From contig JBBCHK010000009.1 of assembly GCA_037200745.1 (NCBI GenBank), positions 56,304-120,303 of the forward strand: 64,000 bases of DNA. The letters are read 5' to 3'. This document shows, piece after piece, positions 20,680 through 31,003 of this stretch. Position 1 is the stretch's first letter; each line of letters starts with the position of its first letter. Source of the stretch: Alphaproteobacteria bacterium (GTDB taxonomy: Bacteria; Pseudomonadota; Alphaproteobacteria; Rickettsiales; UBA3002). A program made the position numbers and the translations under genes. The notes below the pieces were generated by a model. The model had not been told where the DNA came from. It searched no databases and saw only the letters and a program-made list of their open reading frames with translations.

Positions 20680-20726
20680 GAATCATAATCCCTTGGTCGG
20701 GTGTTCGATCCACCCCCGAGCCACCA
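20680..20726 (+). repeat. att direct repeat: 3' half of tRNA-Met
   Basis: GAATCATAATCCCTTGGTCGGGTGTTCGATCCACCCCCGAGCCACCA, matching 7377-7422 except the T-loop. Confidence 0.93.
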
Positions 20727-20779
20727 TTTTTCAATAATCCGGTTCAAGACGCTTCCGTCCCGGTGTAGTCATCCTGCAT

Positions 20780-21331
20780 ATGACCACTCCGACCGACATT
20801 CTCGACTTCTGGTTCTCCGAGCCGGTCCGCAAGGACTGGTGGGGCGGCAACCCCGTACTCGATGCGGAAATCCGCGACCGCTTCCTCGGCGTCTATGCGG
20901 GCGCGCGCGACGGGCAGCACGACGACTGGGCGGAGACGGACGACGGGCTGCTGGCGCTCATTCTTCTCTTCGACCAGTTCCCGCGCAACATGTTCCGCGG
21001 CCGGGCGGAGGCCTTCGCCACCGATCCCCTCGCGCTGGCGCTGGCGCGTTTCGCCGTGGAGAACGGCCTTGACCGCGACTACCCTGCCGAGCGCCGGCAT
21101 TTCCTCTATATGCCGTTCATGCACAGCGAGGCGATCGAGGACCAGGAGGCGTGCGTCGCGCTGTTCAGTGACCTCGGCGATGCGGATACGCTCGATTTCG
21201 CGCGGCGCCACCACGACGTCGTCGCCCGCTTCGGGCGTTTCCCCCATCGCAACGCGGCGCTGGGGCAGGAATCGACGGCGGAAGAAACAGAGTTTATCGC
21301 CACCGACCCCCGGCTTTTGATGGAGCGCTGA
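20780..21331 (+). CDS. DUF924 family protein
   Basis: ILDFWF, LILLFDQFPRNMFRG, FLYMPFMHSE, RFGRFPHRNAALG. Confidence 0.9.
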   Translation: MTTPTDILDFWFSEPVRKDWWGGNPVLDAEIRDRFLGVYAGARDGQHDDWAETDDGLLALILLFDQFPRNMFRGRAEAFATDPLALALARFAVENGLDRDYPAERRHFLYMPFMHSEAIEDQEACVALFSDLGDADTLDFARRHHDVVARFGRFPHRNAALGQESTAEETEFIATDPRLLMER

Positions 21332-21408
21332 TTCGCCTCGCCGATAATTCACTTGCGGCTTGAGGGGGCAAGTGGGAGGAATCCGCCCGGACCTTGAAGG
21401 AGGACACC

Positions 21409-22196
21409 ATGGGCACACTGAACGGAAGAACGCCATCGTCACCGGCTCGACCTCGGGCATCGGCGAGGGCATCGCGGAGGCGCTGGCGAAAGAGGGCGCC
21501 AACATCATGTATAACGGCTTCGGCGACAAGGGCGCGATCGACGCGCTGGTGAAGAAGACCGCCGATACTTATAAAGTGAAGACCGACTACTCGAACGCCG
21601 ACATGAGCAAGGCCGACCAGATCGCGCAGCTCGTCGCCGACACGGAGGAGAAATTCGGCAGCGTGGACATCCTCGTCAACAACGCGGGCATCCAGTTCAC
21701 GGCGAATGTCGAGGATTTCCCCAACGAGAAATGGGAATCCATTATCTCCATCAACCTCTCGGCGGCGTTCTATGCGATCAAGGCCGCCGTGCCGGGCATG
21801 AAGAAGCGCAAATGGGGGCGCATCATCAATATTTCCTCGGCGCACGGGCTCGTCGCCAGCCCGCAGAAATCGGCCTATGTCGCGGCGAAGCACGGCATCC
21901 TCGGCCTGACCAAGACGGTCGCGCTGGAGACGGCGCAGTTCGGCATCACCTGCAACGGCATCTGTCCCGGCTGGGTGTTCACGCCGCTGGTCGACAAGCA
22001 GGCCAAGGACCGCGCCGCCAAGGAGAACCGCAGCGAGGACGACATCAAGAAAGAGATGCTCGAAGAGAAAATGGCGACGATGAAATTCACTACCGTCGAG
22101 CAGATCGGCGGCCTCGCCGTCTTCCTGTGCAGCCCCGCGGCGGACAACATCACCGGCGCGCCGCTGCCCATCGACGGCGGCTGGGTGGCGGAGTAG
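21409..22196 (+). CDS. bdhA: 3-hydroxybutyrate dehydrogenase (frameshift just after the start)
   Basis: GGAGG RBS; VTGSTSGIG, NNAGIQ, SAHGLVASPQKSAYVAAKHG, CPGWVFTPLV. Confidence 0.9.
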
Positions 22197-22203
22197 GAAA
22201 TCT

Positions 22204-22283
22204 GTCATTCCCGGCCAAGCGGGAATCCAGACGCGCGAAGCGCCACTTAAAAAGGACTGGATTCCCGCTTTCGCGGGAATGAC
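22204..22283. repeat. Family A palindromic element
   Basis: GTCATTCCCGG...GGGAATCCAG...CTGGATTCCCGCTTTCGCGGGAATGAC. Confidence 0.85.
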
Positions 22284-22296
22284 AGAACGGGATGTC

Positions 22297-23422
22297 ATGA
22301 ACAGGAAAAAAACTTCTTCGAAGAAAAAAGCCGCCGCGAAAGAGAAGCCAGCGCGGCTGCGGCTGAACCTTGCGCTGCAGGGCGGCGGCTCGCACGGGGC
22401 CTTCACCTGGGGCGTGCTCGACCGGCTGCTCGAAGAGGAGGACATCGACATCGTCGCCATCTCCGGCACCTCGGCGGGGGGCGATGAACGCGGCGGTGCT
22501 CGTCGACGGCTATGCCGAGGGCGGGCGCAAGCGGGCGCGGGCGCAGCTCGAGGAATTCTGGTTCGCGGTCAGCGGCCACGGCGAGGTCTTCAACCCGCTC
22601 GAACATATCCCCTTCGCCAACCTGTTCCACCAGTGGGGGCTCGACTGGTGGACGAAGCTCAACCCGTGGGAGGCGTTGTCGCGCCAGTTCTCGCCCTACG
22701 AGCTCAACCCGATGAACTACAACCCGCTGCGCGACCTGCTGCACGAGATGATCAACTGCCACAACATGAGCAAATCGCCGATCAAGCTGTTCGTCACCGC
22801 GACCAATGTCGAGACCGGCCAGCCGAAAATTTTCTCCGGGCACGAGATCGGCGTCGACAGCCTGCTCGCCTCGGGGTGCCTGCCGTTCCTCTTCCAGTCG
22901 GAGATGATCGACGGCGTGCCCTACTGGGACGGCGGCTATACCGGCAACCCGTCGCTGTGGCCGCTTTATTACCGCTCCGACTGCGAAGACATCCTGCTCG
23001 TGCAGATCAACCCGCTGCAGCGCCCGGGCGCGCCGAAGAACGCGATGAACATCATCGACCGGCTGAACGAGATCACCTTCAACGCCAGCCTGATCGACGA
23101 GATGCGCGCCATCAACTTCGTGAAGAAGCTCATCGCCCGGGGCAAGCTCGAGGCGAGCGAATACGCCGACGTGCGCATGCACATGGTCGCGCCGCCGTCG
23201 ACGCTGCAGGGCATGGAGGCGTCGAGCAAGACGGTCGTCGACTGGGATTTCTTCTGCACGCTGCGCGACGCCGGCCGCGCCGAAATGGAGGCCTGGCTGG
23301 GCAAGCACAAATCCGCCATCGGCAGGCGCGCGACCATCGACATCGCGAAGGACTTCCTCGCCGCGCCGAAGCACGCCGATGCGACGCACGCGACGATGAA
23401 TCCCAGCTGGCGGGAGGGCTGA
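22297..23422 (+). CDS. Patatin-like phospholipase/esterase (frameshift at G run ~22480)
   Basis: LALQGGGSHGAFTWGV, SGTSAG (GxSxG), YWDGGYTGNP. Confidence 0.9.
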
Positions 23423-23428
23423 TCGTTC

Positions 23429-23548
23429 CCGCACTGCCTGCGTAGCCGAATAGGCGAGCCCGGAGGGCCGCCGCAGGAGGGGGAGCGGAGCGGGGGCGAG
23501 TGAACGAAGCGAACTTGTATTCGCCCCCACGCACGCGTAGCGCGCCAC
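23429..23548 (-). repeat. Family C repeat (core GGCTCGCCTATTCGGCTACGC..GGCAGTGCGG)
   Basis: Reverse-complement match to copies at 31706-31912 and 44873-45012. Confidence 0.8.
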
Positions 23549-24229
23549 TTATAACAACCCGTAGCTCTTGAACGAATAATGCCCGTCGCCGGCGATGATG
23601 ACGTGGTCGTGCACAGCGACGCCGACGGTCGCCGCCGCCCCGACGATCTTCTGGGTGATGTCGATGTCGGACTTGCTGGGCGTCGCGTCGCCGCTCGGGT
23701 GGTTGTGGACGAGGATGATGGCGGAGGCGGCGTGCTCCAGCGCGCGCTTGACGATCTCGCGCGGATAGACCGGCGTATGGTTCACCGTGCCGCGCTGCAT
23801 GACCTCGTCGGCGATCAGTGCGTGCTTGTTGTTGAGGAACAGCACGCGCAATTCCTCGACCTTGCTCTTGCCCATGGCGAGGCGGCAGTAATCCATCAGC
23901 GCCGTCCATGACTGGATGACGGGGCGCTCGCCGACCTGTGCGCGGGCCAGGCGCTCGGCGGCGACGCGGATGGTCTTCAGCGTGGCGAGCACCGCGTCGG
24001 TGACCTCCTCGACCTCGCGCAGCGCGGCTTCCTCGGCATAGATGAGCGTATCGAACGCGCCGAAGCGCTTGAGCAGGCGCTTGGCCAGCGGCTTGGTGTC
24101 GACGCGCGGCCGGGCGGCGAAGAGGATGAGCTCCAGCAGCTCGTAATCCGGCAGGCTGTCGCCGCCGGGTTCGAGGAAGCGCTCGCGCAGGCGGGCGCGA
24201 TGGCCGTGATAGTGCGGGTTCTCGTCCAT
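23549..24229 (-). CDS. radC: RadC family JAB-domain protein
   Basis: GHRARLRERF, DYELLELIL, GTVNHTPVYPRE, HNHPSGD...PS..D, HDHVII. Confidence 0.93.
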   Translation of the reverse strand: MDENPHYHGHRARLRERFLEPGGDSLPDYELLELILFAARPRVDTKPLAKRLLKRFGAFDTLIYAEEAALREVEEVTDAVLATLKTIRVAAERLARAQVGERPVIQSWTALMDYCRLAMGKSKVEELRVLFLNNKHALIADEVMQRGTVNHTPVYPREIVKRALEHAASAIILVHNHPSGDATPSKSDIDITQKIVGAAATVGVAVHDHVIIAGDGHYSFKSYGLL

Positions 24230-24338
24230 CGGGAAGCCCGTAGATAGCCGGGATCGGGCGTCCGGGCACCAGAATTTTCATGAAACCTTCATATTCCCGT
24301 TCCACGCATGGATTAGACTGGGGGCTGAAGAGGTTCCC

Positions 24339-24902
24339 ATGGCACCATTCGACGAAAACAAACCAGGCAACGATTACGACGGCCAGCTGAGCTTCGGCAC
24401 GTATATCGGCAAAGAGGTCTACCAGCTGGCGGTCTCCTTCGGCTCGCTGATCGGCGGCTGGTACGCCGGGCTCGGCATCGGCAAGGTCGCGTTCAACGGC
24501 ACCGCGCCGGCGGCAAAGCAGGCGGAGTGGGCCGAGGGATTGGGCAAGTCCGGCTTCGTCCGGGCGGCCGGGCTGAAAACGCTGCCCGGCAAAGCGCAGA
24601 TGATCTCCGGCGTCGTCGGCATGTTCGCCGGCAGCATCCTCGGCGGGCTCGTGCTCGGCTACGGCCACTGGAAAAAAGAGAAACAGGCGCAGATGCAGGT
24701 CGACGAGCTGACCAAAGACATCTCCGACATCGAGGTCTTCAGGAAGACCGACCCCGAGCTCAAGCAGGAGAACCAGCGCCTGTGGAAGATGCTCAAGGAC
24801 AAAGAGGGCGAAGCGCCGCAGCCGCGCGTCAGCGCGGAGAACGCCAGCCATGAGGGCCGCGCCGCGGAAAGCGCCGGCCAGGCGGCGGCGCTTAGCAGCT
24901 AG
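24339..24902 (+). CDS. Hypothetical membrane protein
   Basis: Two Gly-rich hydrophobic segments, coiled coil, C-terminal tail; GAGG RBS. Confidence 0.75.
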   Translation: MAPFDENKPGNDYDGQLSFGTYIGKEVYQLAVSFGSLIGGWYAGLGIGKVAFNGTAPAAKQAEWAEGLGKSGFVRAAGLKTLPGKAQMISGVVGMFAGSILGGLVLGYGHWKKEKQAQMQVDELTKDISDIEVFRKTDPELKQENQRLWKMLKDKEGEAPQPRVSAENASHEGRAAESAGQAAALSS

Positions 24903-24904
24903 CG

Positions 24905-25427
24905 ATGCCCGAGCGCATACAGCTACGGTCCTATGACGAGCGCCCGAGCAGCCATCTCGGCATCGGCGGCTACCTGAAACGGTTCGCGATGCAATTGCTG
25001 CCGTTCGCCATCGGCGGCGCCGGCTTCGTGCTGGCGCGCACCTGGAAGGACAGCTGGTTCGCCCAGCCTTGGCTGGTCGGCAAGGAAGGCGCGAAAGAGC
25101 TGGCGGCGGTGGCCGAGAGGACCGGGCAGCATGTCTGGCTCAACGGCGAGGGGTGGGGGCTCAAGGTCGGCGGGGTGGTGCTCGCCTACAATCTCTGGCA
25201 CGACAAGCGCAAGGCGCAGCTCGACACCGATGCGATCAAGAAACAGATCCTCGAGCTCAAGCAGTTCGAATCGGCGGACGGCTACCTCACGCGGGGAGAA
25301 CGCGCAGCTGCGCCAGCAGGTCGAGTTCCTCGGCCGCAACGTTGAAACGCCGCACACTCAGGTGCTCGCCGCCGAGCGGCAGGCCGAGCCGCTGCAGAAT
25401 CCCGACGCCGCGCAGGTAAAACGCTAG
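24905..25427 (+). CDS. Hypothetical membrane protein, similar architecture to upstream gene (frameshift ~25295)
   Basis: Two hydrophobic segments then W.DKRKAQL...I.ELK...ENAQLR, paralleling WKKEKQAQM...I.DIE...ENQRLW. Confidence 0.65.
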
Positions 25428-25545
25428 GCCGCGACGTGCCGCTGCGGCGCGTCTTGCAAATGGGCGCGAAATCCTTATGGTGTCGCGGCTTTATGAACGA
25501 ACCGATCTCCAATATGCGCTCCATCTGCGTCTTCTACACTGAGTC

Positions 25546-25698
25546 GTCATCCCCGAGACCGTAGCCAGCAGGCGAAGGTCGAGTGGGATCCAGGCGAAAA
25601 AAGCCAGGAGGCTTTTTTCGTGACGACGGCCGCCTCCTGGCGGCCGTGTGGTCTGGATCCCCGATAAAATTTTCTACTGAAAATTTTTCGAGGATGAC
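25546..25698. repeat. Composite palindromic element (GTCATCC...GGATGAC ends)
   Basis: GTCA/TGAC termini and internal hairpins, between convergent genes. Confidence 0.6.
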
Positions 25699-25736
25699 CG
25701 ATTCTCTAGGTTCGCTTCGCTCACCAAGCGAATCGG

Positions 25737-28700
25737 TCACTTCACCGTCTCGCTCAGCTTGCCCTGCTGAATCTTCGATTTGAAGAGGTCGAGGAAGGCT
25801 TGCGTGTGGCTGATCTGCTTGGCGACGACGTCGAAATCGTCCGGCGACAGGCGTGCGGTGTCGTTGGTGACGAAGGAGAAGATCTCCTTGTACGGCCCGT
25901 CCGGCACCAGGCCGATGTAATAGTCGCGCAGGTAGCCGAGCTGCGTCATGTCGCCTTCGAAGCTGTAGGCCAGCGCCAGCTTGAGCAGCACGTTCGTCTC
26001 GCGCGCGTTGAGCGGCTCGGTAAGGTTGGGGCGCGTCGAGAGGATGTCCTCGGCGGTGTTGATGATGTTCGGCCAGTCGCCCATCGCCCACAATATGTCG
26101 AGGCGCAGCAGGGCGCCTTCCTGCGTGGTGTCGCTGTAGAGCATGCTCAGCGCTTCCTCGTTCTTGCCGAGCTTGGAGAGCGCTTGCGCGGTGAGCTGCT
26201 GGCGCTCGATGACCAGCGCCGCCGGCGCGCCGCCGAAATTGGTGGTCTGCAGCGTATCGAGCGCCTTGTCCGGCTGCTGGTTCAGCAGATAGATGAGCGC
26301 GAGGCGGGCGCCGACGCGGGCGCGGTCGACGCCGCTCAGGCGGAACTTGATCTGGTTGTCGAGCAGCTGCGCCGCGCGGTCGAGCAAATCGACCGAGGCG
26401 AGGCGGTCGGCGAGCTTCTGGATGATGGCGTCGCCGTTCGGGCCGATCGGGGTGAGCTCGCGGAACTCGTAGAACAGCGCGAGCGATTTGAGCGGTGGCA
26501 TCTGGTCGGCGCTGCCGCCGAGGAAGAGGTCGGTGAAAAGCTGGCTCATGTTGCCGGCGACGGTCAGCGTGTCCGGATCGCCGGGGAAGGCGGCGAGCAT
26601 GTATTTCCACGTGCGCAGCGTGCCGGCGTAGTCCTTGTTGTCGCGGTAGATGTCGGCGAGCTTCTTCAGCAGCTCGTGCTCGAACTCGCCGCCGTGCCAG
26701 CTGGTGTGGATCTGCTCGAGCTCGGCCTCGGCCTTGTCGGCGGGCAGCTCGCCCTTGGCGTAATGCACCAGCACGTTCTCGTAGCGCGCGCGGGTCTGGA
26801 TGTAGAGGTCCTCCTGCTGCCTGGAAAGCTCGTCGAGCAGCTCTTCGGCCTGCTTGGTGTCGCCTTTCTTCACCGCCGCCATGGCGAGCGCGTATTCCGC
26901 GTGATGCTCGATCGGCTTCAGGATACCGTCGCGGTTGAGCGTGTCGTAGACGTTGAGCGCCTTCTCCGGCTCGTCGTTGAGCAGGTAATACTGCGCGGCG
27001 AGCTTCGCCAGCCGGCGGCGGATCTCCGGCGGGTAGAAGCGCAGGACAGGCTTGTCGTAGCTGAGATAGTCGAACTCCGTCGCGCTGGCCTGCACGACCG
27101 GCACCGGCGGCAGCGCGGCCTCGACGGTGACGCCCGCATTCGCCGCAGCGCCCTTCTGCTCCGCCTGCTGGTCGGCGTTCGGCAGTGGCGTCGCGGGCGC
27201 GGCCGGCTGGGCGCCGGGCGCCGGCGGGACGGCCGGCACGGACGGGGCGGGCAGCGTGTAGAGGCCGATCGCCTCCTTCCATAGCTGCGTCTCCGGCAGG
27301 TTGGCGAGCTCCGGCGCGTTGATGGCGGCGGCCGCCTCCTGCGGGCGCACCAGCAGCAGGTCGCAGGCGGCGGCGAGCAGCGCCAGCTTGTGCTCGCGGA
27401 AATAATCCGGGTATTGCGCGGCGAGCAGGTCGAGATTGCCCTTCGCCTCGGCCATGAAGCCTTCGCCCAGCATCAGCTGCGCCATGGCGAGGATCGCGTC
27501 CGGTCGCGTCTGCGGCGCGGCGGTGGCGATGGCGGCGAGGCGCTTCTGCCGCTCCTCGTTGAACTTGTCGGGCGGCACGTACCATTGCGCGTAGGGGATC
27601 ATGACGCCGGAAAGGTCGGCGACGCCCGTCACCGGCTTCGCCTCCGCCGTGATGGTCGGCAGGTTGAGCGAGGCCGAGAGGCTGCTCGCCCCCGTGATCC
27701 TAAGGCCGACGAGCGTCTTCTCCGCCTTGAGGTCGTCGCGCAGCGAGGTAACGACGAGCCCCTGCTGGGTCGACAGCAGCGTGATGGCGGGGAAGCGTTT
27801 TTTCGTCCACCTCGCCGCGCCCTTCCTCGAAGGCCGGCAGGACGAGGACGAGGTCGCCGACGCGCGGGTCGTAGAAGCGCAGCGGTCCGGCCATGTCGAA
27901 CAGGTTCATCAGCAGGTAGGAGCTCTTGTCGTCGTCGCTCTGCGCGGTGATGGGCGTGTCGAGCGCCGCCTTGCTGCCGCGCGCGGAAAGCAGCACCTGC
28001 CAGCGGTACGAGCCTTTCGGCTGGCGCGCGGTGGCGTGCAGCGAGCCGTCGGTGGTGAGGCGCAGCACGGTGTCGCCGCTGTCGGAGCGGAACTGCTCGA
28101 GGGCGCTCACCGACGCCGGCAGCACGCTCTTGAGCAGCGTCGTGTCGATATGCTCGGATTTCGAGAAGACCAGCCAGATATCGTCCCCGCGCGCGAATAC
28201 GGCGGCGGCGACGCGCTCCTTCCACGGGAAGTTGATCCAGATGCCCGACGGGTCCGGCTGCGCGGTGACGAGGAAAGGCTGGCCCGCCGTCTCCTTCGGT
28301 GGCTCCGGCGGCGCCGGGATGGCCGCCTCCGGCTTCGGCGCGGGTCTTTCCTCCGGCTTCGGTGCGACTGTCGGCGCCGGTTTCGTTTCCGCCGGCGGTT
28401 TCGCGGCGGGTTTCGCCGGCGAGGACGGCGCAGCTTCCCCGCCTTCTTCGGACGGAGTGACAATTTGCGTGGGCGCCGGTTTCGTCGTCAATATCTGCGG
28501 CGGCGCGGTGGTGATGGCGTGCGGAACGTTCGTCAGCGGTTCGGGCTTCGGCGGCGGAGGAGGCGGCGCAGGCGGGGCGATCCTCGGCGCCGGTTCCGAG
28601 GGCGGCACGACGATCACTTTTGCTTCCGGTGCAGGCGCCGGCGGTGCGGGCGGCGGTGTCGGTGCCGGCCTCAGCACTCGCGGCTTTGCGGGCGGCGGCG

Positions 28701-29154
28701 TGGGTTTCGCCGGCGGCTTGGGCGCGAGCTTCGGTGATGGTGCGGCGGGCTTCGCCGCTTCCTTCACCGGCTGCGGGTGCGCGGTGAGGATGTCGATGCC
28801 GACACCATTGCCGCCGATGAATTGCCGCGTGCGGTACGCCGCATCGAGCGTCAGGGTGACGCGCTTGCCGCCGTCGGATTCGCTGACGCCGGTGACGTGG
28901 GCGCCCAGCTTCGCGCGGATCGCCGCCGCGTTCATGCCGACCGGCTTGTCGAAGCTCAGCGTGACGGTATTGCCTTCGTTCGCCACGCTCAGATGCGCCG
29001 GCTGGCCGAAGGCGAAGCTCAGCCGCTCGTATTGCGGCGTGGCGGTGACGGCAAGCTGCGCCGCGCCTGCGCTTACGGCGAGCGACATGCCAGCGAGAAG
29101 GGTCGCCCGGGCGAGGATGGTTCGGTGCGTGGTCATTTGTTCGCTTTTCGGCAT
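25737..29154 (-). CDS. Large secreted TPR-repeat protein with Pro-rich linker (alphaproteobacterial family often linked to flagellar loci); frameshifted ~27630-27810
   Basis: Signal peptide, beta-rich N-terminus, PAK-rich linker, C-terminal helical repeats with FYEFRELTPIG...LADRLASVDLLDRAAQLL. Confidence 0.7.
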
Positions 29155-29233
29155 CTTCCTTCAAAAACGCGGAAGCGCAAGCGCAATCGGAATTTTCTTG
29201 CCATGGTTCAAGGCTCTCGGGCTAAATGGCCCG

Positions 29234-29431
29234 ATGCGCTGGACCGACACATTCGACATCGCCATCGCGCTCGAGGAAGCGCATCCGGACGCGGACAACG
29301 TCAACCTCCGCTTCACCGATTTGCGCGACTGGGTGCAGGCGCTCCCCGGCTTTGCCGGCGAGCCCGACGGCTGCAACGAAAAAATCCTCGAAGCCATCCA
29401 GATGGCGTGGATCGACGAGCGCGATGGCTGA
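29234..29431 (+). CDS. iscX: Fe-S cluster assembly protein IscX
   Basis: MRWTD..DIAIALEEAHPD...RFTDL...NEKILEAIQMAWIDE. Confidence 0.93.
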   Translation: MRWTDTFDIAIALEEAHPDADNVNLRFTDLRDWVQALPGFAGEPDGCNEKILEAIQMAWIDERDG

Positions 29432-29969
29432 AACGCTCCTGCTGAATTCGCTCGACGACACGCGCCGCGCCGCGCAGGCATTCGCGCGCACGCTGAAGCG
29501 CGGCGACGTCGTCGCGCTCTCCGGCGAGCTCGGCACCGGCAAGACCACCTTCGTGCAGGACGTCGTGCGGTGCTTGAGCGACACGGATGCCGAGGTCACC
29601 AGCCCGACCTTCACGCTATTGCAGACCTATCCCGTCCGCATCAGCAGCGGCGAGGCGATCACGCTGCACCATTTCGACCTCTACCGCATCGCGTCGCCGC
29701 GCGAGCTCGCCGAGCTGGGGCTGGAGGAAGCCTTCGCCGAGCTCGCCCTCATCGAATGGCCGGAGCGGCTGAGTGACAAGCGTGCCTTTACGCACTGGCT
29801 GACTTTTGGTCTTCTCGAGGGCGCAGGCCCTCTCCCTGACCCTCTCCCGCAGGCGGGAGAGGGGATATCAGGGGCAGCGTCAGGCGGCCCTCTCTCCCGC
29901 TTGCGGGAGAGAGATGGAGAGAGGGGAAGTGAATCCACGCGTACGCTGCGCATCGAGGCGCGCCCGTGA
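29424..29969 (+). CDS. tsaE: tRNA threonylcarbamoyladenosine biosynthesis ATPase with in-frame repeat insertion
   Basis: LSGELGTGKTTF, VTSPTFTLLQTY, HFDLYRI, IEWPER. Confidence 0.93.
   Translation: MAETLLLNSLDDTRRAAQAFARTLKRGDVVALSGELGTGKTTFVQDVVRCLSDTDAEVTSPTFTLLQTYPVRISSGEAITLHHFDLYRIASPRELAELGLEEAFAELALIEWPERLSDKRAFTHWLTFGLLEGAGPLPDPLPQAGEGISGAASGGPLSRLRERDGERGSESTRTLRIEARP
29828..29926. repeat. Palindromic element (CCCTCTCCCGC..GCGGGAGAGGG type) inside tsaE
   Basis: Two hairpin arms in inverted orientation, translated as PLPDPLPQAGEG...PLSRLRERDGERG. Confidence 0.85.
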
Positions 29970-31003
29970 GCGACCCCAAACGCAGCGAGGCGATGGACGC
30001 GTTCCTGCACCGCGCGGGCTGGAGCGGCGCGGCGCGCAGCACGCTCGCCGGCGACGCCTCCTTCCGCCGCTACGAGCGCGTCGCGCATGCGAACGGCGCC
30101 GCCGTGCTGATGGACGCGCCGCCGCCGCACGAGGACGTGCGCCCGTTCCTCGACGTCACCGCGCGGCTCACCGTGTGCGACGTCAGCGTGCCGAAAATAC
30201 TGGCCGCCGACGAGGCGCAGGGCTTCCTGCTGATCGAGGACCTCGGCGACGCGCTGTTCACGCGGGTGCTGAGGGAATCGCCCGCGCGCGAGGAGGAGCT
30301 CTACCTCGCGGCGACGGAGGCGCTGCTCGCCATCGCCAGGGCCTCGCGGGCGAATGCGGGCGCGTGGTCGCGCGAGCTCAAGCCGTACGACACGGCGGTC
30401 TATTTGCGCGAGGCGGCGCTGTTCGCCGAATGGTTCCTGCCGCAGGTCACCGGCATCGATCGCGCGCGCCGGCTGCGCGAGGAATACCTTGCGCTCTGGC
30501 GCGACGTCCTTGCTGCGGCGCAACTGAAACGCGATTGCCTGGTGCACCGCGACTACCATGCGGACAATCTGCTGTGGCTCGACGCGCGCAACGGCCACCA
30601 CGCCGTCGGGATGCTTGACTATCAGGACGCGCTGTGGGGAGATGCGGCCTATGACCTTGTCTCGCTTCTGGAAGATGCGCGCCGCGACGTCGCCCCGGCG
30701 ACCGTCGAGCTCTGCGCCGGGCATTTCCGCAAGGCGGGCGGCGAGGGCGACGACTTCGCCGCGCGCTACGCGCTGCTCGGCGCCCAGCGCAACGCCAAGA
30801 TCATCGGCATCTTCACGCGGCTCACGGTGCGCGACGGCAAGCCGCACTACCTCGATTACCTGCCGCGCGTCTGGGGGCATTTCATGCACGATTTGACGCT
30901 GCCGCTGCTCGCTCCCGTGCGCCAGTTCGTCGACCACCACGTGCCGGCGGCGTGGCGCGGGCGCTTCGTGGCCGACGCCGCCATCGGGGGGATCGCCGCA
31001 TGA
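29966..31003 (+). CDS. amgK: Anomeric MurNAc/GlcNAc kinase (APH fold)
   Basis: LAGDASFRRYER, LMDAPP, EDLGD, HRDYHADNL, LDYQDA; tsaE-amgK-murU synteny. Confidence 0.85.
   Translation: MSDPKRSEAMDAFLHRAGWSGAARSTLAGDASFRRYERVAHANGAAVLMDAPPPHEDVRPFLDVTARLTVCDVSVPKILAADEAQGFLLIEDLGDALFTRVLRESPAREEELYLAATEALLAIARASRANAGAWSRELKPYDTAVYLREAALFAEWFLPQVTGIDRARRLREEYLALWRDVLAAAQLKRDCLVHRDYHADNLLWLDARNGHHAVGMLDYQDALWGDAAYDLVSLLEDARRDVAPATVELCAGHFRKAGGEGDDFAARYALLGAQRNAKIIGIFTRLTVRDGKPHYLDYLPRVWGHFMHDLTLPLLAPVRQFVDHHVPAAWRGRFVADAAIGGIAA

Larger units (their letters stand above)
7377..20726. mobile_element. Integrated phage-satellite-like element (~13.3 kb) in tRNA-Met
   Basis: Direct repeat of the tRNA 3' half at 7377-7422 and 20680-20726; integrase, AlpA-like genes, prim-pol, helicase, terminases; lower GC than flanks. 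Confidence 0.92.

Noticed and set aside
21409..23422. bdhA + patatin as a novel system
   Set aside because: Common alphaproteobacterial pairing consistent with PHB/3-hydroxybutyrate utilisation
23549..24229. radC as a marker of a mobile element
   Set aside because: Full-length chromosomal type with N-terminal HhH region and host-like composition
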